Of a stretch of 64,000 bases of DNA, positions 11,371 to 21,733 are shown piece after piece. Positions within the stretch are counted from its first letter, which is position 1; every line of letters starts with the position of its first letter. The DNA lies in NCBI GenBank assembly GCA_002269645.1, contig NIVC01000011.1, positions 124,001 through 188,000 of the forward strand, given 5' to 3'. Both the position numbers and the translations under genes were made by a program. The DNA is from Macrostomum lignano (Eukaryota). Under the pieces are notes generated by a model, which saw only the letters and a list, made by a program, of their open reading frames with translations, did not search any database and was not told where the DNA came from.

Positions 11371-13223
11371 TTAACGAGGTCGCAGATTGTAGCCATGTTG
11401 CTGGTTCTCGGTTGATGTTTGTGTCTCCTCGTGTTTTGTTGCGATGTGGCGGTTCGCCGAACGCGTGCGATCAGCGTTGTCTAGTGACGGTAAAAACGTT
11501 GTCGTGTCAGTGTTGATCTTCTTTAGTCGATGAATGCGCACGTAGAATTGGTGCTGATGAGGATCTTGCACATTGGCCAGGCGTGCCGTTGTCGGTGACG
11601 TTAGTTGGACCACTCGATATGGTCCTTTGTACTTCTGTGCGTGTTTGTGCGTCTGTTGCGGCGGATAGTGCAGGTAGACGATGTCGCCGGCTGTCAGAGT
11701 TGTCGATCTCGTGTCGGTGCCGGTGGTTAGAGCCACCTGATTGTCGATGTTGTGCTTGGCTACTTTCCATGCGAGGTGTAGTTGCGTGACGAACTTTTGA
11801 ATGGACGTCGGGACTTCCACATATTGCGATGGTAGTAGTTGCTGTGCCAATAGGTTTGGCGGCTGGAAGTCTCGCCCAAACATTAGAAAGAATGGCGTAT
11901 TGTCCGTTGATCGATGAATAGCGCTGTTGTAGGCCATTGTTACTGCTTGCAGATAGATGATCCAGTCGTCCGGTTGTTGATGCGCGAAGTGTGTAATCAT
12001 CTCGTGTAGGTTGCGGTGAAACCTTTCAACCATGTTCGCCTTCGGATTGTAGGTCGATGTGTAGATCTGCGTGATGTTGAGGATCTTCACCACTTGCTGA
12101 AAGAGTTGAGACGTAAACTGCGATCCATTGTCCGATGTGAGGTTCTTTGGCGTACCGTACTTGCAGATGATGTCGTTGAAGAAACTCATTGCCACTGTCT
12201 GAGCTGTGATGTCCGGTATTGGTATGGCAATAGCAAACTTTGAGAAAATGTCCAAGGCTGTTAGGATGTAGGTGTAGGCTATGCCATGGAGACAGCTCGG
12301 TGGCAGCGGTCCGGTGATGTCGATGCTGAGACAGTCCATAGTTGTTGACTTTGGTATCGATTGTAGCTGTGGTTTTTGTCGTCGTCCTGTCTTCGATGCT
12401 GCGCATGAGTGGCAGTTGTTGCAATACTGCTTGATGTCGCCATGCATGCTTGGCCAAAAGTAGTATTGCTCCACTCTTGCAACGGTTTTGGCTGCCGACA
12501 GGTGTCCAGCGAGTGGGTTGTCGTGCAGCTCGTTGAGAATTGCCTGCCTAAACGAATATGGCATGTAGATTTTAGGTTTGTTGTCACTCATCCAGTAGAG
12601 TCGTGACTTGTTGATTGTTAAATGTTGTCGCTGCTTGCGCAGGAATTTTCGTTCCACGGGGCTGAGCTTGATGTCCTTGTCGTTGTTTTTAACTGCTATG
12701 TAGAAGTTGTCGTGTTCCGTCTCATCCACCAATTCCTTGATGTTAGGAATTGGATGAATGGCGTTGACTTCGTAGGTTCTTGACAGAGCGTCCGCAGCCT
12801 TGTTAGTAATTCCTGGTTTGTAGACGAGCTTGTAGTTGTAGTCCTGGATCTTGAGTGTCATCCTGATGAGTCGGTTGTTTGTTTGTCCTTTTGTAGTTAC
12901 GACGTAGGTCAGCGGTGCGTGATCTGTGCGTACTATCGTCTGTAATGGAGATCCATAGATGTAGTAGTGAAACTGTCGTAGGGCGAACAGAACTCCTAGT
13001 AGTTCTCGTTCCGTAGCTGACCATTTTGTCTCATTCGGTTTAAGTGCTCGACTGACGTAGGCTATAGGTCGTTCCTTTTTGTCTTCAGTTTCCTGTAGTA
13101 GGACTGCTCCGAGTCCCGTTCCTGAGGCGTCTGTCTCGATGATGAAGGGTTTGTCGAAGTCCGGATGCTGTAGCAGTGCGTCTGATGTCAGCTGTCGTTT
13201 GATTTCGTCAAAACTTTCTTGTT
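11371..13223 (-). CDS. pol: pol 3' part: RNase H and integrase (HHCC, DDE, GPY/F)
   Basis: Open frame from 13212: FDEIKRQL...IETDASGTGLGAVL...ERELLGV...TDHAPL; HDNPLAGH...CNNCHSC; SIDITGP...SDNGSQF...VERFHR; KYKGPYRV. Confidence 0.95.
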
Positions 13224-14213
13224 CGTGACGGTAAAAACGTTGTCGTGTCAGTGTTGATCTTCTTTAGTCGATGAATGCGCACGTAGAATTGGTGCTGATG
13301 AGGATCTTGCACATTGGCCAGGCGTGCCGTTGTCGGTGACGTTAGTTGGACCACTCGATATGGTCCTTTGTACTTCTGTGCGTGTTTGTGCGTCTGTTGC
13401 GGCGGATAGTGCAGGTAGACGATGTCGCCGGCTGTCAGAGTTGTCGATCTCGTGTCGGTGCCGGTGGTTAGAGCCACCTGATTGTCGATGTTGTGCTTGG
13501 CTACTTTCCATGCGAGGTGTAGTTGCGTGACGAACTTTTGAATGGACGTCGGGACTTCCACATATTGCGATGGTAGTAGTTGCTGTGCCAATAGGTTTGG
13601 CGGCTGGAAGTCTCGCCCAAACATTAGAAAGAATGGCGTATTGTCCGTTGATCGATGAATAGCGCTGTTGTAGGCCATTGTTACTGCTTGCAGATAGATG
13701 ATCCAGTCGTCCGGTTGTTGATGCGCGAAGTGTGTAATCATCTCGTGTAGGTTGCGGTGAAACCTTTCAACCATGTTCGCCTTCGGATTGTAGGTCGATG
13801 TGTAGATCTGCGTGATGTTGAGGATCTTCACCACTTGCTGAAAGAGTTGAGACGTAAACTGCGATCCATTGTCCGATGTGAGGTTCTTTGGCGTACCGTA
13901 CTTGCAGATGATGTCGTTGAAGAAACTCATTGCCACTGTCTGAGCTGTGATGTCCGGTATTGGTATGGCAATAGCAAACTTTGAGAAAATGTCCAAGGCT
14001 GTTAGGATGTAGGTGTAGGCTATGCCATGGAGACAGCTCGGTGGCAGCGGTCCGGTGATGTCGATGCTGAGACAGTCCATAGTTGTTGACTTTGGTATCG
14101 ATTGTAGCTGTGGTTTTTGTCGTCGTCCTGTCTTCGATGCTGCGCATGAGTGGCAGTTGTTGCAATACTGCTTGATGTCGCGATGATGTCGCGTGGATCA
14201 AGAGTGGAGCAAT
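13224..14213 (-). other. Templated insertion in pol: 957-bp copy of the element's own integrase region plus a complex junction
   Basis: 13225-14181 matches 11484-12440 (offset 1741). It is flanked by the direct repeat ACTTTCTTGTT at 13213-13223 and 14214-14224. 14199-14216 is the reverse complement of 12462-12479. Confidence 0.9.
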
Positions 14214-16303
14214 ACTTTCTTGTTGCTTTTGTGTCCAATTCTCCTGCTTCCATTTGTCGAACTTGAGCAGGTCGTACAGCGGCTTTGCTGTCTTCGCGAA
14301 GTTGGGTAAGAACTTTCGGAAGTATTGCGCAAGTCCAAGAAATGATTGGACCTTCGTTTTGCTAGTTGGCGTAGGAAACTTTTTCACTTTATCCACGTTG
14401 TCTGGGTCCGGTGAAATTCCTTTGGCTGTCACCTGATGTCCCAGGTAACGCACGTTGTCTCGGAAGAATTTGCATTTAGTTGGTTGTAGCTTCAGACCTT
14501 GACGTTGTATAAGCGCGAGGGCCTTCTCCGTCGCTTCATAGAGTCGTTCGAAGTCTTCTCCGTAGGCCAAGATGTCGTCAACATAGTGCAACAGGTTCGT
14601 GCATCCTGCAAGCATGTATGCTGTTAGTCGGCTCATCGTTGCTGGGCTGTTGCTGAGTCCCATCGGCGATCGATTGTACTCGTATACTTGTCCATTGTAG
14701 GTTTTGAAAGCCGTGTACTGTCGTGACTCTTTCTCGATTTCAATTTGCCAAAATCCATGACGTAGATCGAACACTGTGAACAATTTTGCCGTGTTGAGCT
14801 TTGCTAGTAGTTCGGAGATCTTCGGTAGGCTTTGCTGATCCGTCGGTATGTACTTGTTCAGTAGTCTGAAGTCACATACGAGTCGTCTTTCGTTAGTCTC
14901 CTTCTTTTGCACCAAGAGACATGGTGATGAGTATGCTGAAATGGCTTTGCTGATGATGCCGTGTTTCAGCATTTTGTCGATAATCTCATCGAAGTGCTGT
15001 TGCAGATGCTTGGCGATCGGGTACGGTTTGCACTGAATTGGTTCCGTGTGCGGCAGAAGTTTGATTTCCTGTTTGATGTCCTTGGCTCGTCCGATGTCGT
15101 AGTCATGGTGGCAGAAAGCGTCGTTGTACTTCCACAACAGCTGTCGAACTTTCCTCTTTTGCTGTTCCGTAATCGGGCTGTCATCCAAATTGATCTTCTT
15201 TTGAAATTCTTCCTCTGTTAGTCGTGGAGTCGCTTGCTCAATCAGCATAACCGATGCTTGGGTGTTGAGATGACCGATGCACATTCCTTGTCGTAGATGA
15301 ACCGTTTCTGTGTTCGGGTTGAATATTTGTACTGGCAGCTGTTTATCTTTTGCAACCAGTACTAGTGCCGTAGGCATCATAATTTGGTGTTTAGCCGTGA
15401 CTCTTCTGTTTGGGTCGAATATCATTGCTTCCTCCGTTGCGTTAGTTGCCTTTGCCTTTATCCAGCAGGCGCTCTCCGGTTGGATGATGACATCTTGTTG
15501 CAATGTTACTTTTGGTAGTACTCGGATCTGGTTGATCAATGGTTGTTCTACCGAGTCGATCTTAAACGTTTGCTTATTGAAGTCGAAGGTCAATGGTAGT
15601 CTAAGCTGCTTGAACGTGTCGATGCCAACAATAACGTCCTGGTTTGGGAGTCTGTCGATGACGTACGATGGAACTGTCAAATGTTTATTAGCGATTCTTA
15701 AATCAATGTCGGCTTTTCCCAGAATGTTTAGCGAATGTCCTCCTGCTCCTGCAACTGCGATTGTTGCTGGCCGTAGAGCAAGTCGTAGCTTGTTGCACAG
15801 TTGTTTTGATATAACTGTGATGGAGCTGCCGGAGTCGAGTAGCGCTCGACATGGTAGATTGTTGATTACCACTTGAGCCATGGCTTTGCCAATTTCGGCG
15901 TGTAGAGTACATACGTAGTTCTCTGGCCATTTTGGGTCTTGCTGTTCTGCTTGATAGTTGGGTGGTTGTATTCTTGGTGCCGTTGGTGTTGTCGGAATCG
16001 ATGGATATAGCCGCGTTGCTAGTGTCGGTTGCCCTTGAACCTCACGATGTGCAGTTTCTGTTAGTTCTAAACTGTTGTCGCCTTCCGTTGTCGTTCTTTG
16101 CATTATGGCATTAACTGTCTTCTTAGCTCTTGGACAAGTTTGACTGAAGCACCGTACGATTGACGAAATGATGAAGATTGCCGTGACAATCCACACAATG
16201 CAAGCACCGTAGAAGATGAATCCTTGATAGAGACTTCCTCTTCCATTGAGCAGCTCCCAGAAGCTGTTTGTCCAAAATGATTTGATGGCGCTGTCCATTG
16301 AAA
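14214..16303 (-). CDS. pol: Env membrane-proximal region and TM anchor, linker, aspartic protease, spacer and reverse transcriptase, all in one frame
   Basis: SFWTNSFWELL...FIFYGACIVWIVTAIFIISSIVRCF (TM, ~16220-16150); ALLDSGSSITVI (~15835); RLVCDFRLLN, DLRHGFWQI, PMGLSNSPAT, YVDD (14574-14585). Confidence 0.93.
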
Positions 16304-18551
16304 CAAGGACGGGAAATCTTCCTGTCCGGTTCCTTTGTCCTTTCTTGTGAACAGCTGGTGAATCATCTTGCGTTGGGTGATGAACGCTTGCAAGAAGTCG
16401 TTGATCGTCCATCCTGGTGTTATCTCGTCAAGTTGGATATCGGCGAATGGCGTATACTTCGTTCTGTTGAATCGGATTTTCAAATCCTCCATGTCGTAGT
16501 TTTCGTCGACGATTACTTCCGGTTCTGTGATGTTTGCTGTCGTTCCAGTTGTTTTGATGACGTGTAGTGCATTGTCCAGTTGATAATAGTTTGCTGCCGT
16601 GGTGCAAGGTCTCGGTATTGCGGTGCCAACGATGATGTTGTGTACCGTGTCCAAGAATCCCTGAATTCGTTTTCCTTCGTAGAACGCTTCAATCCTTGGC
16701 TTGTCGTAGCAGGTTGTTGACGTGTTCGACGGCAAGATGTTAAAGTGCTGTATCGGCGTGCACTTGTATATCAACAGATGCTCGTATATTGGAACTGCCA
16801 AAACGTTCGTCATTCCGGTGATTTTACGAAAAGTCATCGTAGGGTTGACATAGTAGTTTTGTCTGGCATAATTTAAGTTGATTGCGTGCATTTTGCAAGT
16901 TAGCTGGACCAGTGTTCGATGCAAGTGGTTTAACTGGTTGTGTAGATTGTGATCCAAAGCCGTTATCTTTGCTGACAGTAGTCGGTTTGACACCAGTTTG
17001 GGACGTTCGATGTCACGTCGTCGTCTGTTCTGTTGTTCCTGCTGTTGATACGTTCCGTTGATGATCGCCAGAAAGGTTTGTTTGTCGTCATCTTTTACGT
17101 AGACTGGTATCTCTTGTTCCGAGATGAATAGTGTCTTGTCTGTATCCTTGCATTTCAGTTTTTGCTCGACTGGTTTCTTTTGAAATGTCAGTGCCAAGTC
17201 TCCTGACTTTGCCAAAAACGTGTTTGACAGTAGTCCTCCTTCAACTGTGTGATACTTTTGAAGCTTGCAGTCAATTTCCGGCTCAACTTCCCACGCGAAG
17301 AAGTATTGTCGTGACTTAGATGGTTCTTCATATCGTGAGTCGCCTCTGCGTATAATTTGCCATCGATAGTCTTGATGATATGTTGGACTCAACGGTAAGC
17401 TGTATAGTTCCTCATTCCGCAGTATCGGCGTTGGACACCATCCTTTGCTGTATCGGCAGTCACTTAATTGCAGTTGTAGCGACTCCATTTTTTCAAAAGG
17501 ATTGTGGTAGAATGGAATATTCCTGATTAGGTAACTGTTTCGTGTCATGTAGTTAGTCCATGCTTCCGAAAAGTGTACATATCGTCCGTTTGCTGAGTTC
17601 TTCGTTCGGTAAAGTTGTGCCTCCCCCACTTTCTCATCCGGTTCTAGCTGACCATCCTTTGAGAACAGTGTTTGGTTCCATTGTAGACATTCAGCGTGCG
17701 ACACATGTAGTTCGTGTTGCCAAAATCGAATTCTGTTCCACTGTCCTCGCCAAACTTTTTCCACTAGGTGCTTGTCTCTAAAGCACACTATTCCGAGTTG
17801 TCGATGCTTCTTGATGTTAGCTTTGTAGAGATCAATTGTGATCTTCTTTGGCTTCGTCTGGTTTGTCTTGAAGTAGCTGCATTTGATGTCGGTTGGTATC
17901 TTGTAGATCATCGGTTGGATATGCGCATCCGTTGGACATATCATTGGTTTCTCCATTGCTGTTGCTTTGGTGACTACTGCCGTCAGTAGTATTATGATGA
18001 TCCAGAATATCCAGAATCGCCATTTCCTGAACGTTGCCGTTGTCTTTGCTGGCATTGGCTGCGGCTGCCATTCGTTATCTTCTGCGTCCGCATCGTATTC
18101 TTCCTCTTGTTCCATTGGCGTTTCCGAGCGCAAGGCATCCGATTCGTTCCGCTGCTTGTCGTCTTCATCATTTTCTTCCTTGCTTTCTTCCGATGTTGTA
18201 GTTTTGTCACTCCATTGTCTGCGGTACCTTACTTCGGCCTTGTAGTCGACCGTTTGAATGTAGGCTTCACCATTTCGTTTATATCGGATCTCGTAGCATT
18301 GATCGCTGTCGGAGCTTAGATTTCTTTCTTCCATTCCTTTGTGCCTTCCGTCTTCATGTTCTTTGTCGGCGGCTTGGTTGTCATCAGCGTCATTCTGCAT
18401 CTCATAATCGTGATCGCTGCTTTCTTCTTGCTGTTCTTCTTCCATCTCTGTATTTCCGTCGTTGCTTCTTTCTTTGTCATCCTTCGTTGCCAGTTCTTTG
18501 TCGTTGCCTTTGTTTGTTTCTTCTTTTCTTTCACTGATGTCGCTTGCAATG
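16304..18551 (-). CDS. env: Acidic linker, internal signal/TM segment and envelope-like glycoprotein ectodomain
   Basis: Hydrophobic FWIFWIIIILLTAVVTKATA (18016-17957). Cys-rich ectodomain with N-glycan sequons (NQT x2, NGT, NTS, NIT, NRT). Furin-type RRRR/D at 17015-17026. Confidence 0.8.
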
Positions 18552-19690
18552 TTTTTTCTGTGCTCACTTCTGTCTTTTCTTCTTCGCTGTCAATGTTAGT
18601 TTCTTTCATTTCGACCATGCTGATGTTTTTTGTCTTTTCGCTGCTCTCCGCATCGAGCCAGTCGATTTCATTGATAGTGAAGTCCATTTCCAAGTCGTCT
18701 ATCGTGAAGACTTGCTGCTCTTGCTGTTCGCTTTCCGGTGTGTACGTGATGGCGTTTGCATATCGTTGCATCGCTTGCGTTGGTTGCTTGGGCATGTATC
18801 TGGCGTTTCGCGGTCTGTAGCCATTGTTTCCTAAGCGTTTCGTGTTTTGCTGCTGCCAATTTTGATGCTGCTGTTGCCATGGTTTTTGCGGCTTCCGTCT
18901 GTTGAATGGCTGTCGCGGCATATCATTTCTTGTTGACCGATGAGGACAATGTATTTGGTAGTGTCCTTCTCGTCCACAGTAATAGCATCTGGCTTGGGCT
19001 CGTTCATTTTGTCTTTTTTGTTCGGCGATAACGGCTGTTTGATGTTGCATCAGTTTGTTTAGTTGCTGTGTCAGTTTCTGCACTTCTGTGTTGCCGGTTG
19101 TCATTAGTGGAGCGCTTGCTTCCCACTGCATTCCGCACCGTAAAAGGTCTTCCTCGGTTTCAATGTTTCGCGCAAAAGTCTATCCGCAGTGACGGCTGTG
19201 CATTGTTTATTACGTGCAGGATGAGGTTTTGTTCACGGTCCATCAATCGTTGTCGCTCTCTTGCGGCTAACTCCGCTGCGCCTGGAGGTGGCTGATCCGC
19301 AGCTGGCAGCGTTGGCTGATGCAGTGCCTTAATTATTTGACGTATATCGTCCACGAAGGTCAGGAAGGATTCTGTTGGCTGCATCCGTCTGTTATGCAAC
19401 TTGTGCAGTAGCACTGACCTGTTTGTGCCACAGCGGTTGAAGTGTGCGCGCAGTTGAATGATTAATGCTGGGTAGTTTTGCTGTGTTGCCGCGCCTAGTT
19501 TACCATAAATCTCTCGTGCAGTGCCTTGGAGGAGTGGTGGCAACAGTTGCGCTTTTTCTGGATTTTGTAGGTTGTATTCCCTACATACCAGGTCAAAATG
19601 ATCAACAAAGGTGTTAAAGTCTTTTTCCATAGAAAAGGTGCCAACTGTCTCTTTGATATCTCTGTGCACCGTTGGATTGCGCCGCGCCAT
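18552..19690 (-). CDS. gag: Gag: capsid-like domain and CCHC zinc knuckle, split by a 1-nt indel at ~19175
   Basis: FNTFVDHFDLVC...KAQLLPPLLQGTAREIY capsid-like segment; CYYCGREGHYQIHC knuckle; Q/N/R-rich nucleocapsid tail. Confidence 0.88.
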
Positions 19691-20373
19691 GTTGTTGATG
19701 GGATAGAACGGTAGCTCTAGGTCTGGGTCGATTTGTAATGGATCTTCCAGTGTGGTGTTTCTTTCGAAATAAACTTCGGTTGTAACTGATTGTCTCGCGG
19801 CGCTTTTGACACCTCAATTTGTTATGTCTGACCTTGAACGGAATTCGGCTTTTGGCTGCTTTTTCTGACCTCTTATTCGCTGGCTGATTTTCGCACTTAT
19901 GCGGCGTCCCGCAAAGTGTATCTTTAAAGTGCTTGAAGTGCAGCTGCTTCTTGCTTTTTTCAAAGGCCTTTCTTGTCTTCGTGACGTGCCTTGTCACGTT
20001 TTATCAAATTTCGGTTTGTTTTAGCTTTCGTCAAGTGTTTTTAATTTCGGTTTTGTTTTAGTGTGTATTGATTATTTTTCGGTTTGTTTTCAGTGTACCG
20101 GACGTTGTTTTCGGTTTTGTTTAAGGTTTACTCTTGCTCGAGCTCGTTAAAAACAAAAATTTAACACGCGTGCTCAAACGTTACTCAAAATTGACAGGTA
20201 CTCAAGCCTGTATACCTAAGCTTTTACTCGAGTTTCAAATCGTACAAAAATCGAAAAGTGTCGAAAAGTGTTACCTCTAACACGTGCGCGCAAAATTAAT
20301 GAAGTCGCTCTTTCGTCACTTTACAATAGCTTGGCCAGGCTATTGCTCAAAAGTTTGAGTAGTGCCGAGAGGG

Positions 20374-20384
20374 CGAGATCACCA
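20374..20384 (-). other. Putative primer-binding site
   Basis: TGGTGATCTCG starts 2 nt after the 5' LTR CA end. TGG is complementary to tRNA CCA. Confidence 0.6.
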
Positions 20385-20386
20385 AT

Positions 20387-21423
20387 TGATGTGTTCCTTA
20401 TTACCCGACTTCGGTAATCAAAGAACAATCACTTCTAGCTCTTTAGCTAGGCAACCCAGTAATTCAAACGAAAGTATTCAATTACCTTGACTTCTTATGA
20501 GATATCTCTCCTTTTAGTCCTTCGTAGATCTCGTGTAGATCTCGATCTGTAGTTCAGGCCTGAATTCGACTCGACTTGTAGTCCTGGTCCGAGTTTCTCT
20601 TTTCTTCTTTTGCCGGCCGGTATCTGTCGTTCGGACCAATTAGAAGCTTCCAAATTAACAATGGGTACCCTGCGCCAAACTGCGGTTTAATATAAGCCTA
20701 CTCCTTCTAGCAGTGCCTCTATGCACTCTAGGTATAGCTCCGGAAACCACTGATAGTCTTCTAAGATCTATCAGGGGCAGTCCTTCTGGAGACTGCAACC
20801 AGTAGAGTCTAAACAGACTCAGGAGTCTCAACAGACTCAAACTAAACTCCAACGAGACGTCTCAAAACACAGGCGCAAATGAGTAAGGCTTACCGCAAGA
20901 ACTCGACGAGTCTTCAGTAGGAAGTCCTGTAGTGGCTTCCTCTTCGGAGCTCTTCTCCTTCCGGAGGAATTGTGGCTCCGGGTCCGTTCCGGACCACTTG
21001 TATTTATAGGCGTTCAGACCTCTCTCGAGGTCGTACATCACTGTCTTCGCAAATGTCAAAGGGTCACGATTCGGTGGCTGTCAAGCATGACAGGGTAGAA
21101 AGTTGCGCAACTAGTCTACTGTAAAAGCGCATGATTGGTTACCGTAGCTGGTAGACTTTGATTGGTTCATCCGGGTGCAACCCGAGTGCAAACCAAATGA
21201 TGACTTGAAGGTGGGGTTTGAATTGACAGTTGTTGGTCGCACGTGATTGGGTGATTTCTAAAATTAGCATGCTCGAGGTCTCTCTCTTCCTATTGGTTAG
21301 TCCGAATATACTTATAGTTCAAAGCATACCTTCATTCATGCTCTTCAATTTACTACTAAATAAAATGTGTGAGTAGTACATTAACACTTTTATGTCTTCT
21401 TACGGGAGGTAGAACACTCTACA
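20387..21423 (-). repeat. 5' LTR (1037 bp)
   Basis: Direct repeat of 9790-10825, followed on the minus strand by the PBS and gag. Confidence 0.97.
21001..21296 (-). promoter_or_regulatory. LTR U3 promoter: TATA box and four CCAAT boxes
   Basis: Minus-strand TATAAATA at 21001-21008. CCAAT at 21134-38, 21161-65, 21246-50 and 21292-96. All are mirrored in the 3' LTR. Confidence 0.65.
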
Positions 21424-21733
21424 TACCATAGGCAAATGCTCGTACCAAAGACAAACGCTCAATTTCTCCGTACTTTGGCAAGCATAACTCGGATCAAATT
21501 CAATGCGTGGAGGCCAAAATTGGCTGCAAAAAGCTATATTAAAAGATTGGTTTTCGCTAGACTCCAAAGTTCTTAGGTACACGAGCACGAGTGCACACGA
21601 AGGTTTAAAAAAGAAACACAAACTGGAAATTTAGCAATAATCGAATTACAAAAACTATACAGTTAGCTCGTAAAAGACGAAAAATTAAATTGGAAAATCT
21701 GTAAATGGGATTTATTTCGATTTCTTTAGCAGA

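Larger units (their letters stand above)
9790..21423 (-). mobile_element. Full-length Ty3/Gypsy LTR retrotransposon / endogenous retrovirus-like element with order gag-env-pol plus a RING sORF
   Basis: TG...CA LTRs at 9790-10825 and 20387-21423. 4-bp TSD TACC (9786-9789, 21424-21427). Gag, CCHC knuckle, glycoprotein, aspartic protease, RT (YVDD), RNase H and integrase are all on the minus strand. Confidence 0.97.

Noticed and set aside
13208-14080. Second integrase ORF as a separate nested retroelement
   Set aside because: It matches the element's own integrase, has no LTRs, and is explained by the 1001-bp templated insertion.
18316-18600. Programmed -1 frameshift between gag and env
   Set aside because: The only AAAAAAC heptamer is out of phase for X XXY YYZ in the gag frame, and I saw no other canonical slippery site. 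A homopolymer indel is simpler, though not proven.
11316-18834. Plus-strand ORFs antisense to gag, env and pol
   Set aside because: Short, mostly non-ATG shadows of the minus-strand coding frame with no motifs.
19614-19997. 127-aa basic ORF upstream of and overlapping gag
   Set aside because: Non-ATG start and no recognisable motif. Treated as leader sequence, although a regulatory uORF cannot be excluded.
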